In this document: piece after piece, positions 39,477-48,178 of the stretch
Layout of the letters: each line of letters opens with the position of its first letter
Numbering within the stretch: the first letter of the stretch is position 1
From: Candidatus Cloacimonadales bacterium
Lineage (GTDB): Bacteria; Cloacimonadota; Cloacimonadia; Cloacimonadales; JAIOQZ01
Direction: 5' to 3'
NCBI GenBank assembly: GCA_963662655.2
Contig: CAXXTU010000002.1
Span: 2,368,001 to 2,432,000 of the forward strand
DNA: 64,000 nt
Position numbers and translations under genes: made by a program
Notes under the pieces: generated by a model
The model's database searches: none
What the model was told of the DNA's origin: nothing
Seen by the model: only the letters and a program-made list of their open reading frames with translations

Positions 39477-40436
39477 TTAACCAATCAGACTTAGCGCCAT
39501 CTGCGGCAGCGAGTTGGCCTGTGCCAACATGCTGACTGCAGACTGAGTCAGAATCTGATTTCGGACGAATTCCGTCATCTCGGTCGCTACGTCAACGTCC
39601 GATATACGGGATTCGGAGGCTTGCAAGTTTTCCGCCTGGGTTTGCAGGTTGGTAATGGTATTTTCCAGACGGTTCTGTATTGCACCCAGCGCAGCACGCG
39701 CGTTCTCCTTGCGGATAAGCGCAGTATTGAGCTGTTCCAGTGCAAGCTGAGCAGAATGCTGGGTACTCACAGCGGCGTCCGCTGAACCTACGCCAAGGGC
39801 GCTGGTGCGGATATCGCCGATGCGGATGAAGTAGTAGTCTTCGGCGCGGCTGTTGCCTGTACCGAAATGGATTTTGATACCACCGACAACGTCGCCGTTG
39901 GCGTTGGCCCGTCCATCTACTTCCTGCCATCCACTGCTGTTTGTATACATACCTTCATCTGAAACCCAAGTGTTGCTTGTGCCCCACGCACCGTTCGTTC
40001 CACCAACGGATACGTTTCCATTTAGAAGTTTTACACCGTTGAAATCGGTTGCATTGGCGATACGGTCGATTTCCGCCGCCATTGCTGCAAACTCGGAATG
40101 GATAATCAAACGTTGTTCGTTTGTATATGTACCGGTTGCAGCCTGTTCTGCAAGTTCCTTCATACGGATCAACTTTTCGTCGATAACGGCCATGGCTCCT
40201 TCGGCTGTTTGAATCAGAGAAATGCCATCCTGGGCATTACGAACACCCTGATTCAAAGCAGCTATGTCGGATCTCATACTTTCACGGATGGCAAGACCGG
40301 CCGCGTCATCCGCGGCGGAATTGATCCGAAGGCCGGTCGAAAGTCGTTCGACCGAAGTAGCGAGATCCCCATATGCAGCCGTAAGGTTACGTGCCGTGTT
40401 CATCGACATGAGGTTATGGTTAATTACGAGTGACAT
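39477..40436 (-). CDS. fliC: Flagellin (319 aa), copy 3
   Basis: Same flagellin domains; AAGGAGG RBS. Confidence 0.97.
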   Translation of the reverse strand: MSLVINHNLMSMNTARNLTAAYGDLATSVERLSTGLRINSAADDAAGLAIRESMRSDIAALNQGVRNAQDGISLIQTAEGAMAVIDEKLIRMKELAEQAATGTYTNEQRLIIHSEFAAMAAEIDRIANATDFNGVKLLNGNVSVGGTNGAWGTSNTWVSDEGMYTNSSGWQEVDGRANANGDVVGGIKIHFGTGNSRAEDYYFIRIGDIRTSALGVGSADAAVSTQHSAQLALEQLNTALIRKENARAALGAIQNRLENTITNLQTQAENLQASESRISDVDVATEMTEFVRNQILTQSAVSMLAQANSLPQMALSLIG

Positions 40437-40474
40437 TATTTCCTCCTTGAAGATGCATTTTTCATCCTTGTGGC
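40437..40474 (-). promoter_or_regulatory. Dual CsrA-type site in the flagellin 3 leader
   Basis: mRNA sense: CAC-AAGGA-TG ... AAGGAGGA. Confidence 0.6.
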
Positions 40475-40500
40475 TACGATTAACCTTGGCCTGCTGTTGG

Positions 40501-40517
40501 AGCTGCTGTTGTGCCAG
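40501..40517 (-). promoter_or_regulatory. Possible sigma54 (-24/-12) promoter for flagellin 3
   Basis: TGGCACAACAGCAGC has exact GG-N10-GC spacing but lacks the TT of the TTGC consensus. Confidence 0.3.
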
Positions 40518-40620
40518 CTAACAAGTTTCTCATCACATTATGTTCTTGTGAAAGATCCTGGAATTCTCGAGCGAATTCGTTAAACGCTTTTGTTAAAGGT
40601 CGTGGGAGTTGCTTGCGACG

Positions 40621-40648
40621 TTATCGATCAATCTCTATTTTACTTACT
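40621..40648 (-). promoter_or_regulatory. Possible sigma28 (FliA) promoter upstream of flagellins 3-2-1
   Basis: TAAG-N14-ATCGATAA versus consensus TAAA-N15-GCCGATAA. Confidence 0.35.
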
Positions 40649-40668
40649 AATAAAACGGACCGATCAGG

Positions 40669-41631
40669 TTAACCCATCAGCTGCAGTGCCATCTGCGGAA
40701 GCGAGTTGGCCTGTGCGAGCATTGCGGTTGCAGCCTGTGTCAGTACCTGGTTTTTGACGAATTCGGACATTTCTGCCGCGATATCTACATCGGAGATATC
40801 GGATTCAGCAGCTTGCAGGTTTTCCGCCTGAGACGTCAGAGCGGTGATGGTGTTTTCAAGTCTCTGCATCATCGATCCAAGATGCGCGCGATGGTGCTCT
40901 TTCATGAGGATCGCCGAGTCAATCTGTTCCAGCGCTTGCTGTGCGAGGTGCTGGGTGGAGATTGATATCTTGGAGGCTGCTGAAGCAGTGGGGTCACCGA
41001 TTTCCTGGAACAGGCCGTTGGTCGACATGTCACCGATGTTGATGAAGTAGTAGTCTTCCAGACGGTTGTTGGTGAGTCCGAAGTGGATCTTGACACCGAC
41101 ATTGTTGGCATACTCGCCTTCAGCATCGTAGTTGTTGGCTGTCAAACTCGACGCACCTGATTGCAACCACCCACCCACGGTAATGTTGTTGTGGGCGTTG
41201 GTTGACAGATCACCGTTGAGGAGCTTGCGACCAGCGAATTCGGTTGCCGTAGCGATACGATCGATTTCCGCCGCCATTGCTGCAAATTCGGAATGCATAA
41301 TCTGACGCTGCTCGTGGGTGTAGGTACCCGTTGCAGCCTGTTCTGCGAGCTCTTTCATGCGGATGAGCTTCTCGTCGATAACCGCCATTGCTCCTTCGGC
41401 GGTTTCGAGCATGTTGATTGCCATTCCTGCATTCTCAATACCCTGATGCATCACACTGATATCTGCCCGCATTTTTTCACGTACCGCAAGGCCCGCAGCG
41501 TCGTCCTTAGCGGAATTGATTCTCAAACCAGTGGAAAGACGTTCGATGGAGGTTCCCATCTTGCTGTAATTGCTGTTCAGTGCGTTTGCAGAACGTACTG
41601 CAAACATATTGGTGTTAATTGAAAGTCCCAT
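40669..41631 (-). CDS. fliC: Flagellin (divergent copy 4)
   Basis: 'MGLSINTN...ERLSTGLRINSAKDDAAGLAV', 'QANSLPQMALQLMG'; start at 41631 or 41637. Confidence 0.96.
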   Translation of the reverse strand: MGLSINTNMFAVRSANALNSNYSKMGTSIERLSTGLRINSAKDDAAGLAVREKMRADISVMHQGIENAGMAINMLETAEGAMAVIDEKLIRMKELAEQAATGTYTHEQRQIMHSEFAAMAAEIDRIATATEFAGRKLLNGDLSTNAHNNITVGGWLQSGASSLTANNYDAEGEYANNVGVKIHFGLTNNRLEDYYFINIGDMSTNGLFQEIGDPTASAASKISISTQHLAQQALEQIDSAILMKEHHRAHLGSMMQRLENTITALTSQAENLQAAESDISDVDIAAEMSEFVKNQVLTQAATAMLAQANSLPQMALQLMG

Positions 41632-41637
41632 TTTCAT

Positions 41638-41670
41638 CCTCCTTGATGTTCATTAGGCATCCTTGCCTTG
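41638..41670 (-). promoter_or_regulatory. Dual CsrA-type site in the flagellin 4 leader
   Basis: mRNA sense: AGGC-AAGGA-TGCCT hairpin ... AAGGAGG. Confidence 0.7.
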
Positions 41671-41757
41671 GGTCTTTTTTTTTAAGGTAAAATTGATTGC
41701 TGCGTTAGGGGTAGGGTGATAAATTTGCGGTTGATACGAGAGGCGACTTCTCAGCCG

Positions 41758-42603
41758 TTACTTCGTCGTATCAATGTAATGTGAATCGGGCTTGATTGAT
41801 GCATATTTGGAAATGGCACGCATACCCGCGTTCCTTTTACCGAGCTCTACTCTTGCTTCTTCTTTCCGATTTTGCAGCTCCACGCTATTTTCGTTTTCCT
41901 TGTCAATGATCCGCCTGATTTTCAGGTTAATATCGGAAAGAATCGCGATTGCTTTAATCTTTTTTTGTGACTCGGAAGGAAGGCTGCGTAGGGTGTCGTA
42001 GTCTATCGCCGCGTGTATCTTGCTTATGTGGCTCAGAAGCTTCTTTTTTTGCGCCATCAAATTATTGAGACGATCGAGGTCCTCGATGTGGATCGCCTCG
42101 GATTCCCGCTCGGTTCTCTCGTAATATTTGCCATAGGCTATTTCGAGATTTCGCAGATGCCCGATGCTGAATTCGATGATGTCCTCGTCTTTTACGGTTT
42201 CCACCGGATGCCGGGTGTAATCGAGATTGGAAATCTGCTGCTCGATCTCGGCGATCCTGTTTTTCACCGTGTCAAGGTCCGGCCCGTGCACTTCGCTTTC
42301 GTTCTCGCTATCGGGTTCCGTTCCGGTGATGATCGATTCCGCGTAGAAAGATTGCTCGATGTTCTGCTTCTCGATGAGCAACCGCCCAAGCTCGATGGTG
42401 TAGAAGATGAGGTCGGGGTTACCTGCTTTCTCCTGATGGAGGATTTCCTGATGTTCCTCTTCCCGCGACTTCTGTTGTTGCTCGCCGGAGTGCTGTTCCT
42501 TCTGCTGTTGCTGAGAACCTGTCCGCTCGGCAATACGTATACCGTGGACTTCTCGAACTCCCGGAACACCGTTTTCATCGGAATACATCATTCTATCTCC
42601 CAC
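41758..42603 (-). CDS. Hypothetical helical protein with FlgN/FliT-like C-terminal half (possible flagellar chaperone)
   Basis: Gln/Glu-rich N-terminus; 'ESEAIHIEDLDRLNNLMAQKKKLLSHI' resembles FlgN/FliT; first gene of the flagellin cluster. Confidence 0.55.
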   Translation of the reverse strand: MGDRMMYSDENGVPGVREVHGIRIAERTGSQQQQKEQHSGEQQQKSREEEHQEILHQEKAGNPDLIFYTIELGRLLIEKQNIEQSFYAESIITGTEPDSENESEVHGPDLDTVKNRIAEIEQQISNLDYTRHPVETVKDEDIIEFSIGHLRNLEIAYGKYYERTERESEAIHIEDLDRLNNLMAQKKKLLSHISKIHAAIDYDTLRSLPSESQKKIKAIAILSDINLKIRRIIDKENENSVELQNRKEEARVELGKRNAGMRAISKYASIKPDSHYIDTTK

Positions 42604-42798
42604 AAAATTATCGTTCGCGATAATAATATCTTAAGAAATACCTACTGATTTTCATGGTTAATTGTGTATTTATTCTTTGTTTTCTGGCAAGATAAAAATC
42701 AGACACCCAGACACTTTCATAAAACTTTGTATATCAAGTAATTAACATCACCTGAACAATAATTACATTTTTTACCATACCTTGCCTAATTAACTACA

Positions 42799-42825
42799 TT
42801 ATCGGGAATTAGCCGAATATTTTTT
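42799..42825 (-). promoter_or_regulatory. Probable sigma28 (FliA) promoter at the head of the flagellin cluster
   Basis: AAAA-N15-CCCGATAA on the - strand. Confidence 0.5.
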
Positions 42826-42926
42826 CTCGAAATCATTTATTTGCTTGACAGATATCTTTTCATATCTGATTAGATATCCTGAGGGATGGTAAAGAGTCTG
42901 CGATCCCTGCGAACATGCGAGGCGCT

Positions 42927-43700
42927 ATGAAAAACTGTCTATTACTGATTATGTGCTGCTTCATTTTACTCTCGGCTTGCGCGGTTAACCAGGAAGTTCA
43001 AGTACTGCGCGAAAACGATGAGAAGCAGACGAACAAGATCGAAAAAAACGAGAAGGATATTGCATCGCTCTTCGTCCGGATGGACGAGGCGGACACCGGT
43101 TCACCTGCCAACCCGGAACTGAAACAGTATTATCAGGACAATCAGCAGCTCCTCCAGCAGATCAGACAGCTTAACATCAAGGTTGAGAACCTCCAAAACG
43201 ATGTCCGTCGCCTTACCGAGCAAGCGGTTCGGATGCAACGTATCGAAAGCGAAATCGAATCCATGAAGAATGCTCCGGCTCAAGCCCCGGTAACGGCAAC
43301 AACTCCCGCTCCGGTAGCGGCTACATCGAGCATGGAAGAATATCATTACCAGAAAGCGAGAGAAGCCTACGTCGCAAACGACGTCAACAAGGCGGCCGAA
43401 CAATTCAGAGAGTTTATCCGCAAGTATCCCGACCATCAACTCGCGGCAAATTCGCAGTACTGGCTGGGAGAATGCTACTACGCCATGGACAACTACACAG
43501 CGGCTCGCAACGAATTCCTGAAAGTCGTCGATTTCTATCCGAAATCCCCGAAGGTTCCGGACTCGCTTGTCAAGATCGCCCTCACCTACAAGCAGCAGGG
43601 ACAAATCGAGCAGGCGAAGACCGAGCTCAAGCGCTTGCAGAAGCTTTTCCCGAAATACGAGCGAATGGACCTGGTTCGTTCCCTGCTGAAGGAGATGTAA
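42927..43700 (+). CDS. CpoB/YbgF-like TPR lipoprotein
   Basis: Lipobox LSAC, coiled coil, 'F..FI.KYP...LAANSQYWLGECYY', 'YPKSPKVPDSLVK'. Confidence 0.85.
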   Translation: MKNCLLLIMCCFILLSACAVNQEVQVLRENDEKQTNKIEKNEKDIASLFVRMDEADTGSPANPELKQYYQDNQQLLQQIRQLNIKVENLQNDVRRLTEQAVRMQRIESEIESMKNAPAQAPVTATTPAPVAATSSMEEYHYQKAREAYVANDVNKAAEQFREFIRKYPDHQLAANSQYWLGECYYAMDNYTAARNEFLKVVDFYPKSPKVPDSLVKIALTYKQQGQIEQAKTELKRLQKLFPKYERMDLVRSLLKEM

Positions 43701-43702
43701 GC

Positions 43703-44914
43703 ATGAAATTCTCCTTTTCCGCCGAATTACAGAAAATTCCTGACTATATACAAGGCGTTGACCGGGTATCCGAGGTGCGCACCATTATCGCTTCCAACGA
43801 GAATTACCGCCAGGAAGCCAGGCGCAAGCTGGAGGAATTCCTTCTGAAGATGATCGAGGTCGAGGCGTCGGATATCGACCTCGGCGGCGAAGGCGCACAA
43901 AACAAAGTGTGGTACAGAATCTTCGGCGACAAACGCAGGCACCCCGATTACGATTACATCGCCAGAGACGATTCCACCGCGCTGATATGCAGCATCATGA
44001 CCGAGCGCCAGATGGACGGCATCATGATCAGCCACAACTCCGACTTCTCATACAGGATTTTCGTCGGAGACATGCAGTACCGTTATCGCGCGGACGCCTA
44101 CATCGATATGGGGCACCTGGCCATCAACTTCCGTCTGATCAATCCCACGCCGTTCGACATCTCGAACATCGGTTTCCCGGGCGTCATCGTGAACAAGTTC
44201 GATCTCCAATTCGAGAAGAAGGGCCTCATCCTCGTCACCGGAATCACCGGCTCGGGAAAGAGCACCACGCTGGACGCGATCATCAACATGAACAACATGA
44301 AGAATGAAGCGCATGTGGTGATCATCGGCTCGCCCATCGAGTATTTCCACAAATCGGCCAAGTGCATCGTGCGCCACCGCGAGGTGGGACGCGACACGAT
44401 ATCCTTCAAGGACGGAACCATCGAAGCCCTGCGCCAGGATCCCGACATCATCGTCATCGGCGAGATGCGCGATCCCGACACCATCATGACGGCGCTGGAG
44501 GTTACCGATAGCGGTCACAAGGTTTTCTCAACCCTTCATACCGGTTCCGCCGTGGAAAGCGTCCACCGTATCGTGGCGGAGTGTCCCACGGACGAACAGA
44601 ACCGCGTCCGTATGCGTCTTGGAGATGTGCTGAGCGTTGTCGTTTCGCAGAAACTCGTTCCCTCCGTCGATGGCAAACGCGTTCTCGCCAAGGAAATCCT
44701 GAATGTAACGCCATGGGTCTCCGCGGCGATCATGAACAACAACATATCGGAAATCTACCAGATGATCAACGAGGGAAAAGAATACGGAATGATCACGCTG
44801 GAGCAAGACCTGATGCGTCTGTATGTAACCAAGAAAATAACCAAGGAGACGGCAATCTCCCACGCAAACCAGAAAAAAAGAATTGTCGAATTGATGAACT
44901 ATTACAGGAAATAA
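43703..44914 (+). CDS. pilT: PilT/PilU family type IV pilus ATPase
   Basis: Walker A 'VTGITGSGKSTTL', 'ALRQDPDIIVIGEMRD', His box 'GHKVFSTLHT'; ATG 43703 with GGAG RBS. Confidence 0.88.
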   Translation: MKFSFSAELQKIPDYIQGVDRVSEVRTIIASNENYRQEARRKLEEFLLKMIEVEASDIDLGGEGAQNKVWYRIFGDKRRHPDYDYIARDDSTALICSIMTERQMDGIMISHNSDFSYRIFVGDMQYRYRADAYIDMGHLAINFRLINPTPFDISNIGFPGVIVNKFDLQFEKKGLILVTGITGSGKSTTLDAIINMNNMKNEAHVVIIGSPIEYFHKSAKCIVRHREVGRDTISFKDGTIEALRQDPDIIVIGEMRDPDTIMTALEVTDSGHKVFSTLHTGSAVESVHRIVAECPTDEQNRVRMRLGDVLSVVVSQKLVPSVDGKRVLAKEILNVTPWVSAAIMNNNISEIYQMINEGKEYGMITLEQDLMRLYVTKKITKETAISHANQKKRIVELMNYYRK

Positions 44915-44918
44915 CTGA

Positions 44919-47126
44919 ATGGCAACAACCAACAAGATTTTTGGCGTCTATCTCGATGGCGATGAGCTGAAGGTAGCGCTTCTCTCCTGCGAAAAGGAGA
45001 TCATAACGATCGAAACCCTTTTCAAGGAGAAGCTTGTTGCCCAGGATGATAAAAAATCCGATCGTGATTTCTACGGAGCGGACTTCGCGGAAACATTCAG
45101 CGACGGCACGCACGAGCCGCCGCCCGACAGCTTCGATTTTACTCCGATGGCGAAGGGCGAAGACCTCGAGTTCGAGGAAGTCGGGGAGTTCTTTGATGAA
45201 TCCGCCGACGAAAGCCATGTAGCTCTTTCGAGAGTCGCACACGCCGTTCAGTTCACCTCGGCCCCCCTCGCACTGAATCTCGATGTCTCCAACATCAGCT
45301 ACAAGAAGATCGTGATTTCGGCCAAGACCTCCGACAAGAAGATCCTCGACAAGATAAAACGCGCATTCTACACGCCGGACGCGGTCACTATGTCCGCTTA
45401 CTCATGGTTCCAGTCCGGAGAGGATGAAATCGTCGGTATCCGTCACGAAGGATCGATGGACCTTCTGGAAAACCTGGTAACGATCAACCAGAATGAATTC
45501 GAGAACCGCTTCCAGTTCAAAGGCATCCATCCCAACGAAGTCGCGTTGATCAACTCGGTGCGCTACAATTACGAGATATTCGGCCTGGACATGACCGCGA
45601 TTTTCTACATCGGCAACGACTTTTGTCGTATCACGCTGATGCAGGGGGAAGATTTCTACCTCGAGCTCCCGATTATCAATGAAGGCTACAAGAAAGAGAA
45701 CATCCTCAACACGATCTACTCCCGCTTCCTTCTGGAGAAGGCGCACCACGATATCCCGGCGCTGAACCGCATTTTCCTCGCCGGTAACAATATCACTCAG
45801 GAGAAGATCGACTTCATCAAGGAGAAGGAGCCGGATGCGATCGTCGAAACGCTGCTGCCGGTAAACATCCTTCCAAATCCCAACAGCCCGGACGAGTACT
45901 CCGACAAGGAGCTGACGGAATATATTATTCCCATCTCGCTCGCCGCGATGCATCTCCAGCCGAAATCGCCGAAGTTCCTGAAGTCCAATTTCCTACCCAG
46001 GCAGTTGAAACATCAAAACCTGTTCTCGCTGGGGCTCACCGGTATTTTCATGATCGCCGTGATCCTGGCGACTACATTCTTCTCGATCAGCAGCATCGTC
46101 GGCTGGAAAGACAAGAACAAGATGCTCATGGTGGAGAACTCCACCGTTAAATCGCGCATCGAGTCGAACAACATCCTCATCGACTCCCTGAACGTGATCA
46201 GAAAGCGCATTGAAAACTACGAAAACAACATTTCGTGGGTCAAAAAATATATTGGAGAAGATAATCAATGGCATTATATTCTTGAAGAGGTTTCCAGTAA
46301 TTTTCTCGACCATAGTTTAAGCTGGAGCACAAACATTCATAAAGAAGAAGACCGCTTCAAGCTTGAAGGTTCTACAACCAAAAGAACCAATATCGTGGGA
46401 TTCTCCCAGATGTTTCCTTTCGGCTCGATCGAGAAGGTCGAGGAACGCCAGGTGGAAAGCTACACGGTTTGGGATTACCAGATCCTGTTCAATATGCCGG
46501 ATCCTTTGACGACGAAGATTTCCGACTCACAAAAACCGGACAGCTATATAAAGAGGTATAAAGAGAAGGCCGAGGAAGTAGCCAAGCCAAAGAAGCAAGA
46601 GAAAAAAGCGGAGAAGCCCCGTGAAGAGGAAAAGAAGCAGGAAATGCCTCAACCTCAACCGAAGCCTGATCCTGAAGCCGAAAAACCCAAAGAAGTGAAA
46701 GCGACTCCCAAAGCCGCCCCCAAGCAGGAGGAGAAGAAAACGGCTCCGAAAGAAACGCCTGTTGGAAAAGCGCTATACGATGAAGCGGTGAAACTTCATT
46801 TCGGCGGCAAGCATGCCGAAGCCGCGGTGAAATTCAAGGAATACATTGACAAGTATCGCGACAACCTTACCGTCAATGCAACCTATTTCCTTGGAGAATG
46901 TAACTATAAACTCGGGAAGCGGGAAGACGCCGAACGATTGTTCGTTAGCGTGCTGGATACCGGCAAGGCGAAAGTACCCGAAACGCTTCTGATGCTGGGC
47001 ATCCTGAACCGGGAAGACGGCAAGCTCAACATCGCTCACGAATACTGGAACGATCTCGTGCAGAGATATCCCAATAGTACGTACGCGGACATTGCACGCA
47101 AGAAGATTGCGAAATATAAACGGTAA
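44919..47126 (+). CDS. PilM-like/PilN-like fused alignment protein with charged linker and C-terminal TPR
   Basis: Actin-like 'GVYLDG' / 'FYIGND' / 'IFLAG', then 'NFLP'-TM-coiled coil-PilN-like segment, K/E/P-rich linker and YbgF-like TPR. Confidence 0.6.
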   Translation: MATTNKIFGVYLDGDELKVALLSCEKEIITIETLFKEKLVAQDDKKSDRDFYGADFAETFSDGTHEPPPDSFDFTPMAKGEDLEFEEVGEFFDESADESHVALSRVAHAVQFTSAPLALNLDVSNISYKKIVISAKTSDKKILDKIKRAFYTPDAVTMSAYSWFQSGEDEIVGIRHEGSMDLLENLVTINQNEFENRFQFKGIHPNEVALINSVRYNYEIFGLDMTAIFYIGNDFCRITLMQGEDFYLELPIINEGYKKENILNTIYSRFLLEKAHHDIPALNRIFLAGNNITQEKIDFIKEKEPDAIVETLLPVNILPNPNSPDEYSDKELTEYIIPISLAAMHLQPKSPKFLKSNFLPRQLKHQNLFSLGLTGIFMIAVILATTFFSISSIVGWKDKNKMLMVENSTVKSRIESNNILIDSLNVIRKRIENYENNISWVKKYIGEDNQWHYILEEVSSNFLDHSLSWSTNIHKEEDRFKLEGSTTKRTNIVGFSQMFPFGSIEKVEERQVESYTVWDYQILFNMPDPLTTKISDSQKPDSYIKRYKEKAEEVAKPKKQEKKAEKPREEEKKQEMPQPQPKPDPEAEKPKEVKATPKAAPKQEEKKTAPKETPVGKALYDEAVKLHFGGKHAEAAVKFKEYIDKYRDNLTVNATYFLGECNYKLGKREDAERLFVSVLDTGKAKVPETLLMLGILNREDGKLNIAHEYWNDLVQRYPNSTYADIARKKIAKYKR

Positions 47127-47138
47127 CCGGACGATATT

Positions 47139-48155
47139 ATGTTAATGAAACTTCTGATTTTTGCCGTAGTTGTAGTCGTTGTGTTTCTCTTTCTGATGAT
47201 GCGTTCATCGAAGAAGAAAGGCGACGGAGGAGGAGCATCCTCACAGCCGGACGAATACATCATCGCATCATATCGTAGCGGCACGAACTACAAATTCCGT
47301 AATTTCATCATTCTCATCGTTATTTTACTCGCCGTGCTGGGCTGGTGGTTCTTCACCAACAAGAATCTCAAGAAGAACAACAAGGCCCTCACCGAAGAGA
47401 AAACAAAGCTCGAATCCGAACTGCAAGAGACGCATGGCGAGATCATGAAGAAACCGGAACTGGAAGCGCAACTCGACCGCATCCGCGAAGAGGTTTCTCT
47501 CAATAACAAGGTGATGCTCAAGGAAGATACTTCCACCAAGACGCTGGAGTACCTCTTCTACCTTGCGGATAAATACGGCGACTACATGCACTTCGATTTC
47601 GGACTCTCGGAATCGGGTGCGGACAAAGACGATCCTACGATCCGCTATAACAAGTATGTCCTCACAGGAAAGGCTTTCACCAACCAGATTTTCAGTTTTA
47701 TCGATCAATTGGAGCGGCAACCCCCGTTCTATGCTGTCGATGGGATCGCGCTGGAAGCCCTGCCGCCGGATCAGAAGGGGAAAGTGGATTTCTCCGTGGA
47801 ACTCACAGCGTATTTCACAGATAATGGAACGCCTCTCAACCGTATCGAGCTCTTCACCGGCAAATCGCGCCAGCTCGCCTACAATCCATTCTATCCACGC
47901 ATTCACTCGCCTGTCATCTCCGATGACGAAGAATTCATGCAACTCTTTGATCTGGATAACGGTACCGTTGTCGCGCTCAGCCCCGAACGCGTGTTCCTGC
48001 GCAATAACTCCTCGGGAATTATCCAGATATTCAATATTGGCGACCGCGTTCGCTATGGCTATCTCGAGAGCATCGACTGGGCAAACCAGCAGGCCGTTTT
48101 CCGGCTGAACCGTTACGGCGTTGCCGAGAGCATACGATTAGGGCTTAATCCATAA
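47139..48155 (+). CDS. PilO-like pilus/secretion assembly protein
   Basis: TM plus coiled coil, 'LTGKAFTNQIFSFIDQLE' (PilO-like); between the PilMN-like and secretin genes. Confidence 0.6.
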   Translation: MLMKLLIFAVVVVVVFLFLMMRSSKKKGDGGGASSQPDEYIIASYRSGTNYKFRNFIILIVILLAVLGWWFFTNKNLKKNNKALTEEKTKLESELQETHGEIMKKPELEAQLDRIREEVSLNNKVMLKEDTSTKTLEYLFYLADKYGDYMHFDFGLSESGADKDDPTIRYNKYVLTGKAFTNQIFSFIDQLERQPPFYAVDGIALEALPPDQKGKVDFSVELTAYFTDNGTPLNRIELFTGKSRQLAYNPFYPRIHSPVISDDEEFMQLFDLDNGTVVALSPERVFLRNNSSGIIQIFNIGDRVRYGYLESIDWANQQAVFRLNRYGVAESIRLGLNP

Positions 48156-48178
48156 TGAAAAGGAATAAAGGATATATC

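Noticed and set aside
37283..41637. Diversity-generating retroelement or invertible phase-variation switch among the flagellins
   Set aside because: No reverse transcriptase or invertase, differences are not adenine-specific, and all copies are co-oriented and intact.
43472..43702. N-terminal extension of the PilT ORF in the track
   Set aside because: It overlaps the CpoB-like gene; ATG 43703 with an RBS is the better start.
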